Part shown: positions 52,785 to 61,542 of the stretch, one piece after another | Position numbering within the stretch: position 1 is the first letter of the stretch | How the letters are laid out: every line of letters starts with the position of its first letter | NCBI GenBank assembly: GCA_034189385.1 | Contig: JAXHVD010000024.1 | Location: forward strand, 1 to 63,742 | Length of the DNA stretch: 63,742 nt | Source of the DNA: Thermodesulfobacteriota bacterium | GTDB lineage: Bacteria > Desulfobacterota > Desulfobacteria > Desulfobacterales > C00003060 | Direction: 5' to 3' | Notes under the pieces: model-generated | What the model was told of the DNA's origin: nothing | The model's input: the letters and a program-made list of their open reading frames with translations, nothing else | Databases searched by the model: none | Translations under genes and position numbers: made by a program

Positions 52785-54562
52785 TCAACCATATATTTTG
52801 TAATTTCAACCATTTTTGGTTTTCCGCTATCATCCACACTAACAGCAAAACTCTTCCCTGTCTCTGCGTCCAAATCAAGTTTCAAGTGTGGCTCACTAAC
52901 TGGGCTTATCACCTGATGGCTCCTGTTCTTGTAAAACACTGAGTACAAACGATAATGCCTATTGTCAATCCTCTTATTCAACTCCCGTTTGAACCTTTCA
53001 AGTTCATTGAAAGAAAGCATCCCTTTCAATTCTTTCATAGCCGTCTTGATAAACCCTTTTGTTATTCTTGGGGTGCCAACAGGATATATGACAACCTTAT
53101 CAAAAATATCCCGCAACCTATCCCTTAGACGGACCCTTACGTCAACACTGTTTTCTTCAGTTATCTTTTCGATTAATTCCTTTGCCGACTTGAGGCGCGT
53201 TTCAATGTCCTCCTGTTTGACAGACAAACTTTGCATCTTCACATCAAGTTCCCGCTTCCTCAATTCCAAAGCCTCTTTTTCATCAAAAATGTGTCTCAAT
53301 TTTTCTTCTAATTGCTGCCGAACCCTTCTGTCTTTCGTGAAGGAAATGGTGTCCGTGATATTAGCAATTCCAGAATTGACATGACTGAGTTCTCCGTCTG
53401 TGGCTTCTATTTGTTCCTGAAGTTGTTCTATCTCAGACTTTCTCTTGTTCCGATCAGGTAGAATATCCTCTGGGTTCAGCCTTTTTGCATTCTCCAAAAT
53501 CAACTTTTCCACTTCAGGATATCGCACCGAGACATTGACACAGCCCAGACCTCTTCTGGCCTTGTCGCAGACGAGATATTGCCCACCCTTGGGTCCGTTT
53601 CCCTTGTTTACAAAGGCCATAGGCCCCCCACAATAGCCACACTTGGCGATATAAGGAAAAAGATTGCTCACCTTCCCGGTTCTTCCTCCGTGAAAATGCT
53701 TCCCATTCACTTCTAACTTCTTCTGGACCCGATAGAAAAGATCATCCGAAACGACCTGGGGGAAATACCCGCCTATCGGTTGTCCAACGGGTTGCCTTTT
53801 TCCTTTGATCATTGTGTGTGGCTGAAACTCGCCGAGAACAGCGCGAGTCCTAAGTATTTTTTCAATGTAAGACTTGCGCCATCCATTCTTCGGCGTCCAA
53901 GAACCCCCTTTCTCATTGAGCCTTCGGGCTATAATCTCCGATGACAGCCCGTTGACCTTCATTTCAAATATCTGCCTAAGAACCTTCGCCCTCTCAGGAA
54001 CAACTTCAAATTCAGTCTTATCATTCGATAGCTTCAACCATGCCGGAGCCCGGCCCGTCAGTTTCTTCTTACCTATATTGGCCCTCTTTTCCTCCCAAGT
54101 GGCCTTGAGGCGTTTGGATTTCAACGCACTTTCCTCATGGGCGCGAGTCATGACCATTAGGGACATCACAAGTTGACCAGGATTTGCATTGATTGCATCT
54201 TTATCGTACTCCATGCCGTCAGCAAGAGTGACAACCCGGACCCCGGCCCGGATAATGGATGAAAACTGATTGAGTGCGTCCATCACTTGTTCTCGGGATA
54301 GGCGGTCCAGGGACTCAACGATCAGAGTGCTACCTTTCGGGATTCTTCCCTTTTCGATCATTTTCAGAAACCGACCCAAGGCACCCTTGGTACGATGGGC
54401 ACCAGTGAACGCAGAAAGCCCATGATCCTGCAATTCCTTGTCCAGAATCAAATTGTGTGCTTTTGCATAATCCTCGGATGCTTGGATTTGCCTGTGAAGA
54501 CTATCTCCCTTCAACTGCTCCGGGTTTGAAAAGCGGACATAACTGAAGCATTTTGGTTGCAT
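52781..54562 (-). CDS. Large serine recombinase (integrase), 593 aa
   Basis: RBS GGAG; SYVRFS..EQ..GDSLHRQ, LIVESLDRLSRE, recombinase domain, zinc ribbon CGYCGG...YLVC...C, coiled coil. Confidence 0.95.
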   Translation of the reverse strand: MQPKCFSYVRFSNPEQLKGDSLHRQIQASEDYAKAHNLILDKELQDHGLSAFTGAHRTKGALGRFLKMIEKGRIPKGSTLIVESLDRLSREQVMDALNQFSSIIRAGVRVVTLADGMEYDKDAINANPGQLVMSLMVMTRAHEESALKSKRLKATWEEKRANIGKKKLTGRAPAWLKLSNDKTEFEVVPERAKVLRQIFEMKVNGLSSEIIARRLNEKGGSWTPKNGWRKSYIEKILRTRAVLGEFQPHTMIKGKRQPVGQPIGGYFPQVVSDDLFYRVQKKLEVNGKHFHGGRTGKVSNLFPYIAKCGYCGGPMAFVNKGNGPKGGQYLVCDKARRGLGCVNVSVRYPEVEKLILENAKRLNPEDILPDRNKRKSEIEQLQEQIEATDGELSHVNSGIANITDTISFTKDRRVRQQLEEKLRHIFDEKEALELRKRELDVKMQSLSVKQEDIETRLKSAKELIEKITEENSVDVRVRLRDRLRDIFDKVVIYPVGTPRITKGFIKTAMKELKGMLSFNELERFKRELNKRIDNRHYRLYSVFYKNRSHQVISPVSEPHLKLDLDAETGKSFAVSVDDSGKPKMVEITKYMVD

Positions 54563-54563
54563 C

Positions 54564-54803
54564 TCAGATGCTCCTTTCCACGATACCCATTTTGAGAAGA
54601 TACTCGCGGGCTCTGCCATAAAAATCCATAACTGCCGGTGTGGTGATTCTGGATTTGTTCTCACGAAGGTATTTCACAAGCTCATGCAGATAGGTCAAAG
54701 GTTTCTGAGGGAAGTCTCGAAGCGACATGGCGAAACCTACTTGTGGGGAGATCCGCTGTGCCTCTTTCAATAAGGGCAACCCTTTGCTTGAATTGCTTGG
54801 CAT
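54564..54803 (-). CDS. Small hypothetical protein coupled to the integrase (RDF/regulator candidate)
   Basis: 79 aa with an RBS-like AGGATAGGA; stop codon lies 1 nt before the integrase ATG. Confidence 0.55.
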   Translation of the reverse strand: MPSNSSKGLPLLKEAQRISPQVGFAMSLRDFPQKPLTYLHELVKYLRENKSRITTPAVMDFYGRAREYLLKMGIVERSI

Positions 54804-55059
54804 CGTCCTATCCTTTGAAAGATATGTTTGTTATCATCCTTTTTCAAAGACATTCTCGTAAATGATAAGTAGAAAGGCGCTTGCGCCTTCATAAAATTTT
54901 CAAAATAGACATCAAGACCGAACGAAGTGAAGGTCCTTGTCTGTTTTGGGAATTTTATATTGAGTTGGAATTGGTTTTGATATCCCACCATATACTAGGT
55001 CTCCTTTTTCTAGTCCTAACATATGTCTGGGGTAAAAAATTGATTGAAGTAACATATTC

Positions 55060-55182
55060 TTTAATAAAACCAATATGATATCAAATATATTTAAAGGCAT
55101 CTCAATATATTTGAAGTTGAATTTTTCCAATGATTACCAGTTTCAAATATATTTCTCAAATATACTCAATATATTTGAGAAT
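55060..55182. repeat. AT-rich iteron-like array (putative origin)
   Basis: About five variants of the palindrome TCAAATATATTTGA, directly downstream of the 259-aa gene. Confidence 0.6.
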
Positions 55183-55186
55183 CCCG

Positions 55187-55966
55187 TCATTTTATCGTCA
55201 TCTCTCTCAACGCTTTTCGGAACTCCTTGTTTTTCTTCAAAAAAGGGTGTTTGACCTTTCTATTGCCCGGCATTTGCGTGTAGTAACCATCGGCGTACAG
55301 CGTTCCTTCTCGCCCCAGGTCCTTGAGCTTTATGATTATACCCGCGTCACAAAACGCCTTCATAACCTTCTTAGGGTAACCTTCGCTGTATTCCAAATTT
55401 TTGTCTAACTCATGCCAAAAATTTGGGTCCGTCACAAACACCGCGAAGTCGTGTTTTTCGCCCGTACCTGTGTATTTCTGCCCACCCATCTTCATATCAA
55501 CCCACTCAACCGTTTGTCTGTAGTCCTCACCCTTCAGAAAACGATTATAATTGTAAAGATAATTGAGAAGATCCACGATAATCGGGCGGGCTTCTAATTT
55601 TTTCCAAATGCGCTTGTCATTACGCATCCATTCTCTTGGATAAATAAACTCCTTGCGGTAGTTCAGTGCTTCCCGAAACTCTGGGTCGGCCAAAAACTCT
55701 TCTGTGATTTTCTTGATATCTTTGACGACGGGGGAGATCTCTTTGAGCTTTACATCTCTTGCAAGCTCTGGATCGTCAGGATTAAGATCGAGGTCGTACT
55801 CATCAATTGCTTTTTGCTTGGCCCTTTTGATTTCCTCTATGTAGAAGGACCAAATCCTTTGCTGACGCTCTTTTCGTTCTTCCTGCGGTGTTAGTTCGCG
55901 GGTTTGTTTTTTTCGTTGTTTGAGTGCTTCTTTTTGTTTGTCTCTATCGGTGAATATGTTTCTCAT
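55187..55966 (-). CDS. Hypothetical protein, possible replication initiator
   Basis: RBS GGAGG; charged N-terminus; C-terminal wHTH-like segment (YSEGYPKKVMKAFCDAGIIIKL); adjacent to the repeat array. Function is inferred. Confidence 0.6.
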   Translation of the reverse strand: MRNIFTDRDKQKEALKQRKKQTRELTPQEERKERQQRIWSFYIEEIKRAKQKAIDEYDLDLNPDDPELARDVKLKEISPVVKDIKKITEEFLADPEFREALNYRKEFIYPREWMRNDKRIWKKLEARPIIVDLLNYLYNYNRFLKGEDYRQTVEWVDMKMGGQKYTGTGEKHDFAVFVTDPNFWHELDKNLEYSEGYPKKVMKAFCDAGIIIKLKDLGREGTLYADGYYTQMPGNRKVKHPFLKKNKEFRKALREMTIK

Positions 55967-56072
55967 TGTGCACCTCCCCAATGGTGCGCCCCATTTTGAA
56001 TTTGGGGAAGGGAAGACCGTGGGGACGGTTTTTCGGGGATATCACCCTATCCCTTCCGAAAGGGTTTCTAGG

Positions 56073-57287
56073 TTAAGGTCTTGCAGCCAACGTGACGAAT
56101 GGGCTCAACGTGTCCCCATTCCTCGGCGTCACCGCTTCGGATAGCGTAGGCTGGCCATCCAATCGTGTAATCAATCTCCACACCGATTCGTCAGTTTGAA
56201 AATGCAGATGAGTTGACTTCTCCAATGCCATTCCCTTCCTGATTCCGATAGCATAATGGCGGAAGCTGTAAAAACCCACATCTGCCGCCGAACTGAGGGC
56301 TGGCACTTTTTCTGAAAAAATCACCGGTCTCCCGAAAATGGAAAATTTACCATTTGACTCGTTCATGACAGGATAGTGACTTCCACTCGTTCCAATCACC
56401 ACTGAGACGGTCATAATTGAGGGAATCGTGGTAGAGTTTACTACCCAAACAGCGTTTTGCCGGTCCAACTGACGGGCAAAAAGTTTAAGGAGATTTTCCA
56501 GGACTACTGAATTTGCCGCCTGCCCGACTTCTTTCGCCACCTCAATTTTGCAAGATGCATTGAAGATGCCAAGAGGCTGGCCCGCGCCCGTGCCGTTGAA
56601 AAACGTGTAGTCAAGACCAAATGAAAGGGCCGAACTCATGGCTACGCCAAGCTGGTCCTTGAATCCCATTCCGTCCTCAAGGATTTCGTTGCTGGATTTG
56701 GCAAATATCCCAGCTTTTCGGGCACTTAAGGTCAGTCGCTCCAATTTTATATTTTGGTTGGTCCCGGTGCTGCCTTCTCCCATCCACTGTAACCACATGT
56801 TGTTTACTTTTGAACTGTGATCATAGTCAAGAACCTTCGGCACTTTTCGGGTCGGAGTCTTCATGGGCCACACGGTAGCTCGTGGTCTCACGATTTCAGA
56901 CTCTAATGCCTTGTCCATGAGCCATTCAGCGAATGTCTCAGGCACCGAGAACCCGCCCAATTCCGCGTCACCTTCAACATGCGTGCTTTTGGTGACCATT
57001 GCTTCCAGACGTTTGTCGGAAAGCCCTGAGTAAATCGTGTTGAAGTAATCGTTGATGTCCTTCCAACCCCCGTCGTCAAAGGCTATCCCGGTTTCCTGCT
57101 CAGGGTAGAACATTCCGCGATATGACTTATCCACCGCAGGCCCCCCGATGGAGACCGCCTTGTTGCCAACGTCCAGGGGATGCTCGATCCTGTCTGAAAG
57201 AATCGGGTTAATTTTGTCGTCATTACCATCTCGTATGCACTTTTGAACCGTTTTTCTAATCAGTTCCATAGCTTCGTTTTTCTTCAT
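56073..57287 (-). CDS. HK97-fold phage major capsid protein
   Basis: GGFSVPETF, WMGEGS, SSNEILED, FFNGTGAGQPLGI, NAVWVVN, IFGRPVIFSEKVP, RLDGQP. Confidence 0.93.
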   Translation of the reverse strand: MKKNEAMELIRKTVQKCIRDGNDDKINPILSDRIEHPLDVGNKAVSIGGPAVDKSYRGMFYPEQETGIAFDDGGWKDINDYFNTIYSGLSDKRLEAMVTKSTHVEGDAELGGFSVPETFAEWLMDKALESEIVRPRATVWPMKTPTRKVPKVLDYDHSSKVNNMWLQWMGEGSTGTNQNIKLERLTLSARKAGIFAKSSNEILEDGMGFKDQLGVAMSSALSFGLDYTFFNGTGAGQPLGIFNASCKIEVAKEVGQAANSVVLENLLKLFARQLDRQNAVWVVNSTTIPSIMTVSVVIGTSGSHYPVMNESNGKFSIFGRPVIFSEKVPALSSAADVGFYSFRHYAIGIRKGMALEKSTHLHFQTDESVWRLITRLDGQPTLSEAVTPRNGDTLSPFVTLAARP

Positions 57288-57424
57288 TTCGTCACCTCAC
57301 AAGTAAAGTATTGTCAATTTGAATTGTGAGGCTGGTTTCCACTTACAAGCTAACCAGCACCTCCTTTCTGTTAAGTTCATAGGTTGTCCTCCAGTCAGTC
57401 TTGACCTGGACCCATTTTAAATTT

Positions 57425-58075
57425 TTAAATTACTTTCCCTTTTGCTAGGTCGAGCTGAATCCGAACCATTTCCGCTATGTCCTCGGGCGTGACTTCTTCG
57501 TCAAACTGTTCTTCCAGTTCTTTCACTCTCGCTTCAAGCCGGGCAATTTTTTGCTCGTCTGTCTCACCGACACCCAAGGCTTTTTGGACCATAGGCGTCT
57601 TGATAAGTCCGGTATCATAAGCGGCCTGAATCACCCGGGCGCTTGCGTTTGCCGGGACAGACACGCATGAGATTTCAAGCAATTCGGCTTTGGTATAAGT
57701 TCGCTTCGGCTCACCCTGCCCCTTGCCGTCACGCCATGCCACGGGCTTGAAGCCGACGGAGAAGGAATTCATGAACCCGTCTTTGTATAACTCCCAAATT
57801 TCTTCGGCCTCGTCGGTTTTGTCGTGGAACTGAGCCTTGAATATCAACCCATCATCATTGGCTTTGCACCACATTACTCGGCCCACGGGCGGCTTGCTGT
57901 AGTCGTGACTCAGCATCAAAACGGGGTTTTTCCGGTAGGCCTCTAACTCCCAGGCTCGGGCCTCGATCAACTCATTATCGCGGTCTATAACAGGTCGGGA
58001 GCCGTAAGCGGTAATGGCCCTTTCCTCCGTTGAAATTTCCTTTCGTTCTGCGCTAGTAAACAGTTTATTTTTCAT
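57425..58075 (-). CDS. HK97-family prohead protease
   Basis: DRDNELI, NPVLMLSHD...PVGR, SFSVGFKP, ELLEISCVSVPAN. Confidence 0.93.
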   Translation of the reverse strand: MKNKLFTSAERKEISTEERAITAYGSRPVIDRDNELIEARAWELEAYRKNPVLMLSHDYSKPPVGRVMWCKANDDGLIFKAQFHDKTDEAEEIWELYKDGFMNSFSVGFKPVAWRDGKGQGEPKRTYTKAELLEISCVSVPANASARVIQAAYDTGLIKTPMVQKALGVGETDEQKIARLEARVKELEEQFDEEVTPEDIAEMVRIQLDLAKGKVI

Positions 58076-58207
58076 TTTCGATTACCTCCAAAAAAATTTG
58101 GGAAGCGACAAAGACAGCAAAATAGGGAAAAAATCTCTGCCGCCTCCCGGGCCGCAATGACAAAAACCCCTGATACCTCGAAGGCATCTCCAAGGTGGGA
58201 GCACTAT

Positions 58208-58549
58208 TTAATCTCGAATTTCAATCTCTCCACTTTCTATTTTCGCCCACAAATCCTTAATTTCCGGCAGATCCATGACATTTTTCATTGTATCGTCCCA
58301 CATCTTCGTCATAACTTCCTTCCGGATATTTTTGGCCAACTGCTCAGCCAGCATGCTGGTCACCCCATCCCAGATCTTCCGGTTGACTACCACAACATCA
58401 CAATTAACTTTTTCATACTTCCTTATTAGCTCGGAAATTGCCAGCCGGATAGCCTCGGAACGGCTTATTTTCAGTTTCTTAGCCACCCCATCAAGACTGT
58501 TGATCATTTTGTCACTAGCCATGAACGTCCGCATTTTTTGAGTTGTCAT
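58208..58549 (-). CDS. Ribbon-helix-helix (CopG-like) regulator
   Basis: TFMASDKMINSLDGVAKKLKISRSEAIRLAISELI. Confidence 0.8.
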   Translation of the reverse strand: MTTQKMRTFMASDKMINSLDGVAKKLKISRSEAIRLAISELIRKYEKVNCDVVVVNRKIWDGVTSMLAEQLAKNIRKEVMTKMWDDTMKNVMDLPEIKDLWAKIESGEIEIRD

Positions 58550-58579
58550 GTAGTTGCCCACCTTTTTTGAGTTTTCCCT

Positions 58580-58608
58580 ATTATATAATCAAATAGATCA
58601 AAAATCAA
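58580..58608 (-). promoter_or_regulatory. Sigma70 promoter for the RHH-protease-capsid genes
   Basis: TTGATT-17 nt-TATAAT; TTGAT repeated three times across the promoter. Confidence 0.7.
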
Positions 58609-58623
58609 GTCTTTTTTATTAGG

Positions 58624-60357
58624 TCAGAGAAAATGGGGTCCAGGATCTGGGAGAAGGGCAAACGGATCGTCCCTGCCTTCCACGTCCTCCCAGCCTTCAT
58701 TTCCCCAGTAGCCCTTGTCTTTCTGGTTATCTTCTTCGTCGTAGATGGGGCGCACCCTTGGGCCAGCTGTCTGCCCAATAGTGACCAGTCCAATGGCCGC
58801 CATTGCTAGAGACACAATCAAATCCACTTTTTTGGAATTTGTCTTCTTAGTGATCTTCCATCCGCGTGCACTTTCCTGGGCTGTGGCGTTCTGAGCGTGC
58901 TTTCGAAACTCTTTGCACTTGTAGACAAGAAGAATCCGGTTGATGATCAAGTCATAGAGATTCTGCCCCATAGCGGTAAGATTCGAAACTGTCTGGTTGT
59001 ATGGTTCCATTCTGATTCCGTCTTTCACAAGACGCTGGGCTGAGGAAACCATTTGATACGGGTCATACAGGCATTTTTTTAGATAGAAATCCCGGTGAAG
59101 TTGGCGGATGTATTCTTCCACGACTTCAAAGTCGATCTTGGTCCGCTTTGGCGCCCATTTTCGATGTCTAACTAGAGCCACACGGTCATTGATGTTGGCA
59201 ACTGCGGTAATGGCCGTTGAGTCCCCAGAGACGGAGGCGTCGACAGCCGCCACAATACTCAATGAACGATTTGGCATGATAACCGGATGATGTTTTGTGT
59301 CTACACATGCGTCCCAGTCGTCCAAGTCAATGAAAGCTGATTCTGAAGACGTCCATTTGTTTTCGTGCAACCTAAGATAAGAATTTGGTCTGAGACGCGT
59401 CCTCTGCGTTTTGAGATATTCCTTTGTGATCCAAGAGGCGAGATTTTTCTCTGACCAAAAGAACCACATCTTGGGGTCTTTCTTCTTTATGCCCCTTTGA
59501 TACACGTCCCACAGGGGGCCGGTTTCTTCAAAGCCTGCATAAGAAGTTATCAGCGTCAGCGGTTCTTTCCGGGCCGGGGATGTAGTCAACTCGTCAATGA
59601 ATTGCTCCTCCACTTCCAAGTCAAGAGCCCACATCTCGTCTATGAGAATCAAAGAGGCGTTAGAACCAGCCACGGTCTTGAGGTTTTTACTCACAACATA
59701 GGCAACCGTGTGGTTCAGTTGATTCTCGATACTCTCTTCCCCTATCTTGCAATGGGAAAATTGTGTGGGGTTAAGCTGAATACTTCGCTTCAAAGCCTGA
59801 AAAGCCCGGAGAGTGGCCTGTTCCCTGGAATTGGCTGCAAAGATAACCTCACCAAAGTCGCCTTCTTGAAACAAAAAGCGGTTGGCTATAGCTGCGCTGA
59901 TAGTGCTCTTGCCATTTTTCTTAGGAGTACTCCACACGCCCAGGTTATAGCGCCTCAAGCCTGTTTTGGGATCTTTGGAGAAAAGTTCTTGAAGGTTCTT
60001 GATCTGCCACTTTTCAAGCTCAATCGGGCCTTTGTTCTCAGGGATGTAGAATTGCTCGCTGATATAAAGGACCGGATCATCTTCATATCTCTCATCATGG
60101 GGATCGAAGTCAGGTGTAGGTGTAGCATTTATTTTCTTCTTCAACCGGTGAGCTTGCCATCTCTTTTCCCTGCCCTTGGCTTGGCCTTCGCGTTGTCTGG
60201 CCTTTGCTTCCTTAGAAAGCACTGGTTTTGGTTTACGTCCGGCCTTTTTTCCGCCTGTATCACCAAAAGAGCCCTTGTTTAACGGACGTTTGTCGGATGC
60301 CCTGTCTCCTGGTATGGGTTTTTCTTTTTCGTTGGTTTTCCGCCGTTTGAACATCAT
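58624..60357 (-). CDS. terL: Terminase large subunit with a basic N-terminal extension (577 aa)
   Basis: RBS GGAGG; Walker A PKKNGKST, AANSREQA, Walker B LILIDE, nuclease AVDAS, YDPYQM, KVDLIVSLAMA. Confidence 0.92.
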   Translation of the reverse strand: MMFKRRKTNEKEKPIPGDRASDKRPLNKGSFGDTGGKKAGRKPKPVLSKEAKARQREGQAKGREKRWQAHRLKKKINATPTPDFDPHDERYEDDPVLYISEQFYIPENKGPIELEKWQIKNLQELFSKDPKTGLRRYNLGVWSTPKKNGKSTISAAIANRFLFQEGDFGEVIFAANSREQATLRAFQALKRSIQLNPTQFSHCKIGEESIENQLNHTVAYVVSKNLKTVAGSNASLILIDEMWALDLEVEEQFIDELTTSPARKEPLTLITSYAGFEETGPLWDVYQRGIKKKDPKMWFFWSEKNLASWITKEYLKTQRTRLRPNSYLRLHENKWTSSESAFIDLDDWDACVDTKHHPVIMPNRSLSIVAAVDASVSGDSTAITAVANINDRVALVRHRKWAPKRTKIDFEVVEEYIRQLHRDFYLKKCLYDPYQMVSSAQRLVKDGIRMEPYNQTVSNLTAMGQNLYDLIINRILLVYKCKEFRKHAQNATAQESARGWKITKKTNSKKVDLIVSLAMAAIGLVTIGQTAGPRVRPIYDEEDNQKDKGYWGNEGWEDVEGRDDPFALLPDPGPHFL

Positions 60358-60479
60358 GTTTAATCCTCCAAATTCTGATGTATGGTTCATCTTCTGATAA
60401 TTCGATGGCAATTTCTTTTTTATTCCTGCGGTCAGAGAACATCTTCGCTTCTCCTTGGGGTGAACCAGCTCCCAGTTTG

Positions 60480-60543
60480 GGAGTGGCCCCCACCCACTCA
60501 AAATCCGGGCCACCCACCTAAACTTTTGACTCCCCCCCCGGGC
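60480..60543 (-). other. Putative cos/packaging region
   Basis: CGGGGGGGGAGTCAAAAGTTT G-run motif upstream of the terminase gene, resembling the cos region of HK97-like phages. Confidence 0.5.
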
Positions 60544-61158
60544 CTATGCCTTCGCCTTTATGTCGATGCCCCGCTTTTTCAACCAATGGTGAAGATTCGC
60601 CGGGGTGGTCTTGTATCGCTTGGCAATGAAGGCTTTCGTGCTTCCATCCTTCAGCAGGGCTTCAATCTCTGGCCTGAACTTGTCCAGCTTGGACTTGCCC
60701 GGTCCCTTGGGCCTGCCGAGCTTGATCCCTGCGGCTTTCTTTGCGGCCAGGGCCTCTCTGGTTCTCAGAGAAATGAAATCCCTCTCAACTTCACTAAAGA
60801 GCGCAAGCAGGGTCGTCATGATCTTGGTTTGAAGGTCATTGCCATTGAGCGAAAGGTTCTCTTTGACAGAGAATATATCAATGCCTTTCTCCTTGGCTGT
60901 CTTGATAATCTCCAAGACCTCAAGAGTGGACCGCCCGGAACGGGTCAACTCTGGGAAGACAAGACGATCCCCTTTGCCCAAATCGTCAATGATCGTTTTC
61001 AGCTTTCTCTCTTTCCAACTCTTCCTTCCGCTGACTTTTTCCTCGACAAAGTCCACATGGCCAAAGTGCTGGGCATGGGCAAACTTCAGAATGTCCGCCC
61101 GGAACTTCTCCACATCCTGATCATCTGTACTGACCCTGAGATACGCGACCGTCGTCAT
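60544..61158 (-). CDS. Small serine resolvase/invertase (204 aa)
   Basis: RBS AGGAG; AYLRVSTDDQ, EEKVSG, ELTRSGRS, EVERDFISLRTREAL, KLGRPKG, C-terminal HTH. Confidence 0.93.
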   Translation of the reverse strand: MTTVAYLRVSTDDQDVEKFRADILKFAHAQHFGHVDFVEEKVSGRKSWKERKLKTIIDDLGKGDRLVFPELTRSGRSTLEVLEIIKTAKEKGIDIFSVKENLSLNGNDLQTKIMTTLLALFSEVERDFISLRTREALAAKKAAGIKLGRPKGPGKSKLDKFRPEIEALLKDGSTKAFIAKRYKTTPANLHHWLKKRGIDIKAKA

Positions 61159-61332
61159 CTGTTGCACTCTCCTTTCTTCTGGACAATTAGACGAAAACCC
61201 CATTTTGGAACTTATTTTATATTGAACAATATAAAAAGTCAAGACCTTTTCATGGTGATAGATATTTACTTTAAATGATCCTTTTTATCAAAGGTATGGC
61301 CGGAAACGTAGGCAGGATATGGCAACAAAGAA

Positions 61333-61428
61333 GGAACCAGGAATTGGCCGGGAGAACCTGTGGAAAGGGTCTTGATTATGGTAGGTTTAGCCCGGTTTTG
61401 GGGCCGGTTTGGGACAAGGAGCGGGGGA
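61333..61428. repeat. Diverged repeat, copy 1 (copy 2 at 62433-62526)
   Basis: gaacc.ggaattg.c.gg(g)agaacct.t.g.aa..gtcttg.tt.t.gt...gttag...gg.tttgggg...acaagg.g..ggggg. Confidence 0.7.
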
Positions 61429-61513
61429 GGGGGAAACAACCGGTTGTATCCGCTCGGACTTGGTGGTATTGATCCGAATTGAAACAGAGACGGGGTGACG
61501 AGGACGTGACTAC

Positions 61514-61542
61514 TTAAACACTATATAACATGATGACATTAT
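61514..61542. other. att junction at the resolvase end
   Basis: Arm ttaaacactatataa plus core catgatgacattat. Confidence 0.88.

Larger units (their letters stand above)
52760..61542 (-). mobile_element. Integrated capsid-encoding phage-satellite-like element in comM (8769 bp between att cores)
   Basis: Direct repeat catgat(a/g)acattat at both ends; integrase at the boundary; all genes on the minus strand; visibly more AT-rich than the flanks. Confidence 0.92.

Noticed and set aside
56073..57287. Capsid as an encapsulin or gene transfer agent
   Set aside because: Linked to a prohead protease, TerL and an integrase inside att sites; no cargo enzyme and no GTA tail cluster.
60382..61278. 298-aa plus-strand ORF and other long antisense ORFs (e.g. 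59497-60282, 48133-48855, 44197-44913, many opposite the giant gene)
   Set aside because: Shadow frames of well-supported genes on the opposite strand, with no recognisable motifs.
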